A stretch of DNA of 64,000 nt, from positions 116,560 through 180,559 of the forward strand of contig CAVQVM010000021.1 in the NCBI GenBank assembly GCA_963717085.1, written 5' to 3'. The stretch comes from an uncultured bacterium (GTDB lineage: Bacteria; Actinomycetota; Acidimicrobiia; Acidimicrobiales; VFJN01). Positions 46,963 through 55,542 of this stretch are shown here, in pieces. The translations under genes were made by a program, and so were the position numbers. Within the stretch, counting starts at the first letter, position 1. Each line of letters opens with the position of its first letter. The notes under the pieces are model-generated. The model worked only from the letters and a program-made list of their open reading frames with translations, was not told where the DNA came from and ran no database searches.

Positions 46963-48312
46963 TCAGGCTTCGATCGGGACCTCGTGGATGGCCTCGATCA
47001 AGTCGCCCCGGTCGACGGCCAGCGGGCCCGAGACCGCCAAGCGGCGGAGCAGCAGCACGCCCATGGTGAGGAACGCGACCAGGCTGCCGACCAACAGGCC
47101 CAGCTCGACCCGGAGGAACAGGTCGTCGCTGGCGAGCCAGGTGGTCACCGCGAGGGCGACGATCCCCATCCCCCAGCCGATCGCCTGGTCCCGGTGCCCG
47201 CCCAGCGCGATCAATGCCTGCGCGCAGGCCAGGGCCAGCATGTACAGGCCGCTGCCGGCGGCCAGAAGCCCCATCGTGCGGCTGTCGAGATCGGCGTTGG
47301 GGAACATGATCTCCACGATCGTCGGTCCCAGTACGGCGCCAACAACGGTGCCGGCGGCCGCCAAGGCGGCCACCACCACCATGATCCGCTTGAGACCGAC
47401 CCGGAAGTCGCCGAGGCGGCCCGCCGTGGCCAGCGCCGACAACTTCGGCAGCAGCGCCGCCTGGACCGCCTGGAACAGGAACAGGGGGATGCGCGCCACC
47501 ACGACGCCGGTGACGAACCGACCGGCGGCACCGGCCTGGGCATCGGACGCCAGCAGCTTCACGATCACCGGACCGATGTTCATGAGCCCGAACGCCAGCA
47601 GCGACGCAATCAACAGGTAACCGAGGGCACTGCTGATCTCCCGCAGCGCCGCCTCTGGGCCCGGCCGCAGCGACGGGCGCTCGACCCGCAGCGCCACGGG
47701 CACCGCCAGCAGCCCCGAGATCCCGAGCGCGATGCCGAACCAGCCCGCGGTCTTCACCCCGATCACGGCGCACAGCACGCAACCCAGCAGCCGGATGAAC
47801 CCGTCGGCGCCGATGTAGGTGCCGTAGCCCTTGAAATGCCCCGTCCCCGACATGCAACCGCGGGTGACGTGCCCGGCCAGCGCGCCGGCGACGCCCAGTG
47901 CCAGTCCCACCAACAGCAGGAGCTGGTGGTCGAAGAGCTCGTCGACCGACCAGCGGGCGGTGGCGATGAGCAGCACCAGCACCGCCAGCGCGAGCCCCAC
48001 CCCGAGGGTGCCCGCTCGGCGCACGACCGGCGCCCCGCCCACGCCCCGGGTGCGGCGCTCGGCGAGCGCACGGCTGATCTCCTGTTCCAGGGGCAGGAAC
48101 AGGCCCGGGCCGATGAGGAACACCAGGCTCCAGGTCGCCGACAGCGGCGAGTACTCGGCCTGGCTCAAGGGCCGGTCGGCGACTGCCAGGAAGCCATAGG
48201 CGGACAAGCCCGCGACGAGGAGCCCCGCTCCGACCGCGAACGTGCCGGTCGGTAGGGGATTGCGGCGCCTCGCAGCCTCCAGCAGCGCAGCCATCGGGGA
48301 CACGCTACTCAC
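46963..48312 (-). CDS. MOP-superfamily polysaccharide/oligosaccharide flippase-like membrane protein
   Basis: 449 aa with about 12-14 TM helices and no soluble domain. The topology and length fit Wzx/polysaccharide-biosynthesis family proteins. I recognised no specific motifs. Confidence 0.5.
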   Translation of the reverse strand: MSSVSPMAALLEAARRRNPLPTGTFAVGAGLLVAGLSAYGFLAVADRPLSQAEYSPLSATWSLVFLIGPGLFLPLEQEISRALAERRTRGVGGAPVVRRAGTLGVGLALAVLVLLIATARWSVDELFDHQLLLLVGLALGVAGALAGHVTRGCMSGTGHFKGYGTYIGADGFIRLLGCVLCAVIGVKTAGWFGIALGISGLLAVPVALRVERPSLRPGPEAALREISSALGYLLIASLLAFGLMNIGPVIVKLLASDAQAGAAGRFVTGVVVARIPLFLFQAVQAALLPKLSALATAGRLGDFRVGLKRIMVVVAALAAAGTVVGAVLGPTIVEIMFPNADLDSRTMGLLAAGSGLYMLALACAQALIALGGHRDQAIGWGMGIVALAVTTWLASDDLFLRVELGLLVGSLVAFLTMGVLLLRRLAVSGPLAVDRGDLIEAIHEVPIEA

Positions 48313-48374
48313 ATCGCGGGACTCGGCGTCCCGAGCCCCGGCGGGGGCTGCGCGTATCGGTCATTGTGGGTCCA

Positions 48375-49178
48375 CTAGTCGGCGCTCAGCTCGGGCTCGG
48401 CCGTACCGACCAGTCGCGGGAGCACCTCGCCGATCGAGCCACGAATCACGGCATCGGCGAGGTCGTCCATCGCCGTCTCCTCGGCATTGACGATCACGAT
48501 CTGCGCGCCCGCCATGTGCGCAAGCGGCACCATCTCGGCCACTGGGTACACCGCCAGCGTCGAACCCACGGCGAGCAGCAGGTCGCAGCGCCGTGCGGCC
48601 TCCATCGCCCGCTGCAGGTCCTCGGCAACGAGGTTCTGGCCGAAGCTGATGGTCGCCGACTTGAGGATGCCGCCGCACGTCCGGCAGGGCGGATCGTCCT
48701 CGCCGCCCCGCACCCGCTCCAACGCCCGCTCCATGGGCGCCCGTTCGCCGCACGACATGCACACGACGGTGTGGATGGTGCCGTGGACCTCGACGACCAT
48801 GTCCGGGTCGGAGCCGGCGGACTGGTGCAACCCGTCGATGTTCTGGGTGACGAGCGTGTCGAGCTTGCCCCGGCGCTCGAGCTCGACGAGCGCCCGGTGG
48901 CCGGCGTTGGGCCGAGCGGAGAGCCCCGGGTGCCGCAAGCGCGTCTGCCATGCATCGCGGCGGACCTCGGGATCGGACATGTAGTTCTGCAGCGTCGCCC
49001 GCCGCTCGGCGCCGGGGTTGCGGGTCCACACTCCGTTGGGTCCCCGGAAGTCGGGGATCCCGCTGTCGGTGCTGATGCCCGCCCCGGTGAGCACCACGAC
49101 CCGCTGGGCCGCGTCGATCCAGCGCGCCGCGTCGGCGATCCGATCGTCCCGCACGGCCGACACACTACTCTGCAACAT
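48375..49178 (-). CDS. cobB: NAD-dependent protein deacylase, Sir2 family
   Basis: GAGISTDSGIPDFRG, QNIDGLH, and the zinc cysteines CMSCG...CRTCGG. The start is the ATG at 49176-49178 (MLQSSVSAV). The upstream part of the track ORF is not coding. Confidence 0.85.
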   Translation of the reverse strand: MLQSSVSAVRDDRIADAARWIDAAQRVVVLTGAGISTDSGIPDFRGPNGVWTRNPGAERRATLQNYMSDPEVRRDAWQTRLRHPGLSARPNAGHRALVELERRGKLDTLVTQNIDGLHQSAGSDPDMVVEVHGTIHTVVCMSCGERAPMERALERVRGGEDDPPCRTCGGILKSATISFGQNLVAEDLQRAMEAARRCDLLLAVGSTLAVYPVAEMVPLAHMAGAQIVIVNAEETAMDDLADAVIRGSIGEVLPRLVGTAEPELSAD

Positions 49179-49286
49179 GGATGATATTGAAACATCATGA
49201 AAATGGTGAGAAGATCGCCGGGACGCCCCGGACGAAAAGAGCAACTTCCCCGCTGGCAGCTCGCTCGACCCGCCGTCGGAGACGCA

Positions 49287-49934
49287 ATGCACCCCCGCGA
49301 CATCCCTACCACCATCCCCACCCTGCAAGTCCTGCCCTGGTCCGACCCGGTCATAGACCAGGTCGGCTACGACCCCCGTTCCCGCTACGTCGAGCGCTTC
49401 TGGCTCGGCATCCTCGGTCCCTCTGCCACTTGGCTCATGCGCCACCTCGTCGACGGGCTCGAGCGATCGCCCGAGGGCTATCCACTCGACCTCGACGAGT
49501 GCGCCACCGCGCTCGGCCTCGGGCGCTACCGCGGCTCCAGCAGCGCCTTCCCCCGCACCATCGCCCGCTGCTGCCAGTTCGGCACCAGCCGCCTCACCCC
49601 GGATGCGTCGCTCGAGGTGCGCCGCCGCCTACCACCGCTCACCCTCCGCCAGGTCCGGCGGCTGTCCCCTGTGTTGCAGGCCGAGCACGCCGCGTGGGTC
49701 GATCGGGCCCCGGCGGCCCTCGACGCCGACGACCTGCGTGACCAGGCTCGCCGGCTGGCCCTCACCCTGCTGGAGCTCGGGGAGGACGGTGAGGCAGCAG
49801 AGCGGCAACTCCAGCGCTGGCGGTTCCACCCCGCGCTCGCGAGCGAGGCAACGGCTTGGGCGCTCGAGCGCCATGAGGTCGTGGGTCCGCCGGAGGCGAA
49901 GCCCGAGCCGGAACGCGCCCATCCGAGGCCATAG
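49287..49934 (+). CDS. Conserved hypothetical protein
   Basis: LPWSDPVIDQVGYDPRSRYVERFWLGILGPSATWLMRHL. GC3 is high. It is divergent from the sirtuin gene across an AT-rich spacer. The start is uncertain (ATG at 49287 or 49197). Confidence 0.55.
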   Translation: MHPRDIPTTIPTLQVLPWSDPVIDQVGYDPRSRYVERFWLGILGPSATWLMRHLVDGLERSPEGYPLDLDECATALGLGRYRGSSSAFPRTIARCCQFGTSRLTPDASLEVRRRLPPLTLRQVRRLSPVLQAEHAAWVDRAPAALDADDLRDQARRLALTLLELGEDGEAAERQLQRWRFHPALASEATAWALERHEVVGPPEAKPEPERAHPRP

Positions 49935-49984
49935 GTTCCACCAAGCCGAGCCCGAGGCCATAGGTTCCGACCCGGAAACCTATG
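49925..49984. promoter_or_regulatory. Repeat cluster upstream of the GH84 gene: two direct copies of GAGGCCATAGGTTCC plus an inverted half-site
   Basis: gaggccataggttcc occurs at 49925-49939 and 49953-49967. ataggttccgacccggaaacctat forms an imperfect palindrome ending at 49983. Confidence 0.4.
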
Positions 49985-52138
49985 ACCTCAGGTTCTGGCC
50001 GCCGGAACCCATTGCCTCGAACGGCCCGTGTCGGGGCGGCCCGGGGACGACCGGGGACGCCCCGGCGGCGCGGCGCGCTCGGGCTCAGCGCCTCGGCGCT
50101 CGTGCTTGCATGGTCGACCGTGGCGTGCTCCGGCGACTTCCGTGGAGCCCGGGATGACCGTGACCGTTCGGACGGTGCCGCCGACCAAGCAACCACCACC
50201 CCCGGCGACCCGATCCTCGAGGCGCGCGACGATCCCCTGCCGGTGGTGACGCCGACGCCGCGCGAGATGCGCTGGCTCGGGCCCGACGTTCCCGTCCCGC
50301 CGGAGGTCGACGTCGTCGCCGACGACGACGTCGCGGCCGCCACCACCGACACCGTGACCGAGGTGCTCCGGGCGGCCGGGGCGCGGACAGTGCGCGAGTT
50401 GGGCCCCGGCGAGCGGGACCGCGTCGACGCGCCGCTCGTCGTGGACGTCGGGGCCATCGGCAGCGAGCCCACCACTTCACCCCTCCGCGACGCGGGGCTC
50501 GAGGTGCCCGCCGACGTGCCGGCCGAGGGCTACGCCCTGGCGGCGTTCACCCGCGAGGGGGGAACGGCGGAGATCGTCCTCGCCGGCGCCGACGCCGCCG
50601 GCACGTTCTACGCCGCGCAGACCTTGCGCCAGCTGCTCACCGGCGCCATGGGCGGGAGCGAAGCCGGCACCGCCCGGGCGGCCGTTGTTGGCGTCGGCGT
50701 CGTCGATCACCCCGCCATGCGCCACCGTGGCGCCATCGAGGGCTTCTACGGCAGCCCCTGGACTCAGCAGGAGCGACTCGACCAGCTCGCCTTCTACGGC
50801 CGCTTCAAGCTCAACACCTACATCTACGCCCCCAAGGACGACCCTTACCACCGCGACCGCTGGCGGGAGCCGTACCCCGCCGAGCAGGTCGCCGGTCTCC
50901 GGTCGCTGATCGACCGGGCCGCCGCCAACCAGGTGCGGTTCACGTTCGCCGTCTCGCCCGGGGTTTCGATCTGCTACAGCGACCCGGCCGACCTCGATGC
51001 CCTCGTCGCCAAGCTCGACGCCGTCTACCAGCTGGGGGTGCGGGCCTTCTCCGTCGCACTCGACGACATCGTGTACACCCGCTGGAACTGCGATGGCGAC
51101 CAGAGCCGCTACGGCGCACCCTCACCGGAGGCGGCCGCCCGGGCCCAGGTCGAGCTGCTCAACGCGCTGCAGCGCGGCTTCATCGCGGACCACGAGGGCG
51201 CACAGCCCCTGCAGATGGTCCCCACCGAATATCGCGGCACCGACGACAGTCCCTACCGGCAGGTCATCCGCGAGCAGCTTGATCCGGCCGTCGAGGTCAT
51301 GTGGACGGGATCGATGGTGGTGCCGCCCGAGATCACGATCGATGAAGCGGCGGCCGCCGCCGGGGTGGTCGGGCGGCGGCCGCTCGTGTGGGACAACACG
51401 CCGGTCAACGACTACCCACCCACCGAGGGCAGGCTGATCCTGGCGCCGTACGACCGGCGGCAGCGAGGCCTCTCCGCTGAGGTGACCGGGATCGTGCTCA
51501 ACCCCATGAACCAGGCCGCCGCCAGCAAGGTGCAACTCATCGGGGCCGCCGACTTCGGCTGGAACGACGCCGCGTACGACCCGGTGCGGGCCCACCGGGC
51601 AGCCGCCGTCCACCTGGCCGGCGGGACCGGTAGCGCGGCTGCCGATCCCCCGACGGTCGACGCCCTGCTGGCCTTCTTCGACCTCGAGAACTTGGCGCCG
51701 ACTTCGGCAGCGTCCGGCACGGTGTCCCAGCCGCAGGCGCCGGCGCTGGCTCGGCAGCTCGACGCCTTCCGCACGGCGTGGGACCGCGGCGACCGGCCAG
51801 GAGCCATCGGGGGCCTGCGTCCCTATGCCGAGCGGCTGGCCGGGGCGCCGGATGTGATCCGGCGCGGTGTCGCCGACGCCGGGTTCGTCGCCGACGGCCA
51901 GCCGTGGCTCGACGCCACAGCGCTGTGGGGCCAGGCGCTGGTCGCCTCGTTGGACGCGCTCGACGCGCAGATCGCCGGTGACGTCGCCGGCGCCCAGGCG
52001 CGGTTCGCCGACGCCGACGCCCTGGCCGAACGGGCGGCCGCCATCGAGACCATTCCGGGCGAGACGCGCCCGCAAGGCCCGGTGAGGGTCGGCGACGGCG
52101 TCCTCGACGACTTCATCGCCGGCGCCCAGGCCCTATGA
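49982..52138 (+). CDS. Glycoside hydrolase family 84 beta-N-acetylglucosaminidase (O-GlcNAcase/NagJ-like), probable lipoprotein
   Basis: HRGAIEGFYGSPW, NTYIYAPKDDPYHR, the catalytic pair in FSVALDDI, and VWDNTPVNDY. The N-terminal signal has the lipobox-like sequence LAWSTVAC. Confidence 0.85.
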   Translation: MTSGSGRRNPLPRTARVGAARGRPGTPRRRGALGLSASALVLAWSTVACSGDFRGARDDRDRSDGAADQATTTPGDPILEARDDPLPVVTPTPREMRWLGPDVPVPPEVDVVADDDVAAATTDTVTEVLRAAGARTVRELGPGERDRVDAPLVVDVGAIGSEPTTSPLRDAGLEVPADVPAEGYALAAFTREGGTAEIVLAGADAAGTFYAAQTLRQLLTGAMGGSEAGTARAAVVGVGVVDHPAMRHRGAIEGFYGSPWTQQERLDQLAFYGRFKLNTYIYAPKDDPYHRDRWREPYPAEQVAGLRSLIDRAAANQVRFTFAVSPGVSICYSDPADLDALVAKLDAVYQLGVRAFSVALDDIVYTRWNCDGDQSRYGAPSPEAAARAQVELLNALQRGFIADHEGAQPLQMVPTEYRGTDDSPYRQVIREQLDPAVEVMWTGSMVVPPEITIDEAAAAAGVVGRRPLVWDNTPVNDYPPTEGRLILAPYDRRQRGLSAEVTGIVLNPMNQAAASKVQLIGAADFGWNDAAYDPVRAHRAAAVHLAGGTGSAAADPPTVDALLAFFDLENLAPTSAASGTVSQPQAPALARQLDAFRTAWDRGDRPGAIGGLRPYAERLAGAPDVIRRGVADAGFVADGQPWLDATALWGQALVASLDALDAQIAGDVAGAQARFADADALAERAAAIETIPGETRPQGPVRVGDGVLDDFIAGAQAL

Positions 52139-52144
52139 CGATCG

Positions 52145-52639
52145 TCAACCGACGTGGCTGCCCCTGCGCTGCCGCCAGCGGTCCATCATCCCGGCCGCCT
52201 CGTCGTGGAGGAAGGCGAAGAACTCACGGCTCTCCTCCAGGCGTCTCCCGGCGGGCCCACCCGCGCCGACCATCTCCACGGCCTCGGCCAGCGCCTCTTC
52301 CCAGCGCACGAGTGCGTCGTTGCGCCTCATGACCGCCTCGTACCAGGCGTCGTCGTCGATGCGGTAGTGGTCGGTGCGAGCGCCCGGCTCACGCTCGCGG
52401 GTCACCAGCCCGATCTGGATCAGGTAGCGCACGGCCCCCGATATCGCGGCCGGGCTGACCCGCAGGCGCGACGCCAGGCCGCCGGCCGTCAACGAGCCGG
52501 CATCCTCACACAGGAGGCAGGCGAAGACCCGGGCCGGCATGCGGGGCCACCCCGCCTCGGTCAGCATCAGGGCAAAGCGCTCGACGAAGCGCAGGATCGC
52601 GTCGTCACCGTCGCTGCTGGTCGTGTCCATCCCGCTCAT
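52145..52639 (-). CDS. MarR/GbsR-type winged-helix transcriptional regulator
   Basis: ARVFACLLCEDAGSLTAGGLASRLRVSPAAISGAVRYLIQIGLVTRE. It is divergent from the ABC exporter operon. Confidence 0.75.
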   Translation of the reverse strand: MSGMDTTSSDGDDAILRFVERFALMLTEAGWPRMPARVFACLLCEDAGSLTAGGLASRLRVSPAAISGAVRYLIQIGLVTREREPGARTDHYRIDDDAWYEAVMRRNDALVRWEEALAEAVEMVGAGGPAGRRLEESREFFAFLHDEAAGMMDRWRQRRGSHVG

Positions 52640-52650
52640 GAGGTTACATC

Positions 52651-52686
52651 TTTCACAAGTTCTTGGCTCTTCACAAGTTTGTGAAG
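52651..52686. promoter_or_regulatory. Candidate operator in the divergent MarR/ABC promoter
   Basis: A palindrome with perfect 8-bp arms, CTTCACAA-GT-TTGTGAAG, lies at 52669-52686. An extra half-site TTCACAAGTT lies at 52652-52661. The local region is AT-rich. Confidence 0.5.
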
Positions 52687-52704
52687 TCTAGATAGGGTCG
52701 AGTC

Positions 52705-53658
52705 ATGACCAACGCCATCGAGGTCTCGGGCCTCGTCAAGACCTTCGGCCGGACGCGGGCGCTCGACGGCCTCGACCTCAGCGTGGCCACCGGGGAGGTC
52801 CACGGCTTCCTCGGGCCCAACGGGTCGGGCAAGTCGACCACGATCAGGGTGTTGCTCGGCCTGCTCCGGGCCGACTCGGGCCGGGCGGTCCTGCTCGGCG
52901 GCGATCCCTGGGGCGACGCCGTCGCCCTCCACCGGCGGCTGGCCTACGTCCCCGGCGACGTCACGCTGTGGCCCAACCTGTCGGGTGGCGAGGTGATCGA
53001 CCTGCTCGGGCATCTCCGCGGCGGGCTCGACCGGCACAGCCGCGACCAGCTGCTGGAGCGGTTCGAGCTCGATCCCACCAAGAAGGGACGCACGTACTCG
53101 AAGGGCAACCGCCAGAAGGTGGCGCTGGTGGCGGCGCTCGCCTCCGACGCGGAGCTGCTGATCCTCGACGAACCGACCTCGGGGCTCGATCCACTCATGG
53201 AGGCGGTGTTCCAGGACACGATCAAGGAGCTGACGCAGGACGGCCGCACCGTGCTGCTCTCCAGCCACATCCTGGCCGAGGTCGAGGCGCTGTGTGATCG
53301 GGTGAGCATCATCCGCCTGGGCCGCACCGTCGAGTCGGGCACCCTGACCGAGCTGCGCCACCTGACCCGCACCTCGATCGCGGTCGAGACCGAGCGGCCC
53401 ATCGGCGGCCTCGAGCACCTGCCCGGTGTCCACGATCCCCAGGTCGACGGGCTGCGGGCACGGTTCGACGTCGACACGGCCCAGCTGGAGGGCGCGCTCG
53501 AGTTCCTCACCGGCTTCGGCGTCCGCGGCCTGACCAGCCAGCCGCCGACGCTCGAGGAGCTGTTCCTGCGCCATTACGGCGATGAGCTGGCCGAGCTCGA
53601 GGGCCGGGTCACCGTGTCACCCGACGGCCCGTCCGCCGACACCGGAGTCGCCCGGTGA
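52705..53658 (+). CDS. ABC transporter ATP-binding protein (ABC-2/DrrA-like exporter)
   Basis: [32 protein letters not shown]. Confidence 0.85.
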   Translation: MTNAIEVSGLVKTFGRTRALDGLDLSVATGEVHGFLGPNGSGKSTTIRVLLGLLRADSGRAVLLGGDPWGDAVALHRRLAYVPGDVTLWPNLSGGEVIDLLGHLRGGLDRHSRDQLLERFELDPTKKGRTYSKGNRQKVALVAALASDAELLILDEPTSGLDPLMEAVFQDTIKELTQDGRTVLLSSHILAEVEALCDRVSIIRLGRTVESGTLTELRHLTRTSIAVETERPIGGLEHLPGVHDPQVDGLRARFDVDTAQLEGALEFLTGFGVRGLTSQPPTLEELFLRHYGDELAELEGRVTVSPDGPSADTGVAR

Positions 53659-55313
53659 GCGCCACCGGGGCGACCCTGGCGGGCCCGCCGGCGGCAGGCG
53701 CCGCCTTGGCTCCGGCGCCGGCGCGGGGCACGACGCTCACCGGCACGTGGGCGCTGGTGCGGTTCATCCTGCGCCGCGACCGCGTGCGCCTGTTGGTGTG
53801 GATCGTCGGGATCATCCTGCTGGTCCTGTCGACCGCTGCGAGCGTCGAGGGCCTGTATCCCACCCAGGCCGACCTCGACAAGGCCGCGCAGACCGCGAAC
53901 GACAACGCCGCGCTGATCGCACTGAACGCCCCCTCCTACGCCCTCGACACGCTCGGCGGCCAAGCCGTGTTCAACGTCGGCAGCTTCGGCTACGTCGTGA
54001 TGGCGCTCATGGGCATGTTCCTCGTCGGCCGCCACACCCGGGCGGACGAGGAGGCCGGCCGGACTGAGCTGCTGCGCGCCACGGTGCTGGGCCGCAACGC
54101 CCCGGTCACCGCGGTGCTGGTCGTTGCCGCGGGTGCCTTCGCGGTCCTCGGCGGCCTGATCACCCTGAGCATGCTCAGCCAGGACCTTCCCACCGCAGGG
54201 TCGGTCCTCTATGGCTTGGCCATGGGGGGCTTCGGCCTGCTGTTCGCCTGCGTCACCGCGGTCACGGTCCAGCTCACCGAGCACAACCGCGCCGCGCTCG
54301 GGTTCGCCGGCGCACTGCTCGGCGCCTCCTACGTCCTGCGGGCGGTCGGCGACGTCGGCGACGGCACCCTGTCGTGGGCGTCGCCGATGGGGTGGGCCCA
54401 GGCAGCCCGGCCGTACGCCGGCGAGCGCTGGTGGACGCTGCCGTTGCTGGCGGGGGCGGCGATCGTCTGCGTGACCGTGGCCTTCGTCCTGTTGGGCCTG
54501 CGCGACCTGGGGGGTGGGCTGGTGCCGCCCCGCCCCGGACCCCCGGTGGCGTCCACGGCGTTGGTGGGATCACGCTTCGGCCTGCCCTTCCGTCTCCAGC
54601 GCGCCAGCCTGGCGGCGTGGACGATCGGGCTCGGCCTCACCGGTGTGTCGTACGGCTCGGTGGGCCAGGACGTCCGCGACCTGATCGGCAACAACAGCGC
54701 GTTCGAGGACATCATCGCCCAGGGCGGCGGCAGCCTGACCGACGCGTTCTTCACCACATCGCTGCTGTTGCTGGCGTTGATCGCGGGCGGGTTCGCGATC
54801 TCGTCGACGCTGCGGCTACGCGGCGAGGAGGCCGGCGGCCGCGCCGAGCCGCTGCTGGCCACCGGATTGGGGCGCACGCCGTGGGTCACGTCGTACCTCG
54901 CGGTCGCGCTCGGCGGATCCGCGGCGCTGATGACCGCGGCCGGCCTCGGCATGGGCCTCACCTACGGGGTGGCCGTGAGTGACCTGGGGCAGGTTGGCCG
55001 CCTCGTCGGCGCCGCCGTCGCCTTCGTGCCCGCCCTGTGGGTGCTCGTCGGCGTCACGCTCGTGCTGTTCGGGTTCGCCCCCCGGGCGACGGCGGCGGCC
55101 TGGGGGGTGCTCGTGGCGTGCTTCGTGATCGGGCTGTTCGCCGAGCTCCTCAACCTGCCGGGGTGGCTCGTCGACGTGTCGCCGTTCCAGCACGTGCCGG
55201 CGATGCCCTCGGAGGGCTTCGCGTTGACGCCCATCGTGGCCCTGACCGCAACCGCCGCCGTCCTCCTGGTCGCCGGGGCCGTCGGCTTCCGCCGGCGTGA
55301 CGCCGGCTACTGA
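53655..55313 (+). CDS. ABC-2 exporter permease (12-TM, antibiotic-exporter-like)
   Basis: 552 aa with about 12 TM helices. It has a GTGA overlap with the upstream ATPase stop. Confidence 0.75.
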   Translation: MSATGATLAGPPAAGAALAPAPARGTTLTGTWALVRFILRRDRVRLLVWIVGIILLVLSTAASVEGLYPTQADLDKAAQTANDNAALIALNAPSYALDTLGGQAVFNVGSFGYVVMALMGMFLVGRHTRADEEAGRTELLRATVLGRNAPVTAVLVVAAGAFAVLGGLITLSMLSQDLPTAGSVLYGLAMGGFGLLFACVTAVTVQLTEHNRAALGFAGALLGASYVLRAVGDVGDGTLSWASPMGWAQAARPYAGERWWTLPLLAGAAIVCVTVAFVLLGLRDLGGGLVPPRPGPPVASTALVGSRFGLPFRLQRASLAAWTIGLGLTGVSYGSVGQDVRDLIGNNSAFEDIIAQGGGSLTDAFFTTSLLLLALIAGGFAISSTLRLRGEEAGGRAEPLLATGLGRTPWVTSYLAVALGGSAALMTAAGLGMGLTYGVAVSDLGQVGRLVGAAVAFVPALWVLVGVTLVLFGFAPRATAAAWGVLVACFVIGLFAELLNLPGWLVDVSPFQHVPAMPSEGFALTPIVALTATAAVLLVAGAVGFRRRDAGY

Positions 55314-55360
55314 CGGTCCGTGTGAACCTGAACTTGCGGCGGTTGGCGAGGCTATGGCGT

Positions 55361-55506
55361 CGCTAAGGACCTGAGCGGATAGGCACGTCGTCTGGGCTCA
55401 CCGTGGTCAGCGCTGTTGGAGGCCGAGCTGTGGGGCCCGGGCTCACCCTGCAAATCCCGTACTGTTCAGTACCCACTTGCAGGCCTATCCGCTCGGCCCC
55501 TAAGCG
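55361..55506 (+). repeat. MITE-like palindromic intergenic repeat, copy 2
   Basis: The ~24-bp terminal inverted repeats are cgctaaggacctgagcggataggc and gcctatccgctcggcccctaagcg. It has internal hairpins (ctgcaaatcccgtactgttcagtacccacttgcag) and lies between convergent genes. Confidence 0.85.
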
Positions 55507-55542
55507 CCGCAAGTTCGAGGAGGGTTCGAGGGGGGATCGGGT

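Noticed and set aside
48375-49178. Sir2-domain protein as a possible anti-phage defence component (Thoeris/DSR/SIR2-HerA type).
   Set aside because: It is a compact canonical sirtuin with the NAD motifs and the Cys4 zinc module. It has no fused sensor or effector domain and no partner gene (ThsB/TIR, HerA or pAgo) nearby. A housekeeping CobB is the simpler call.
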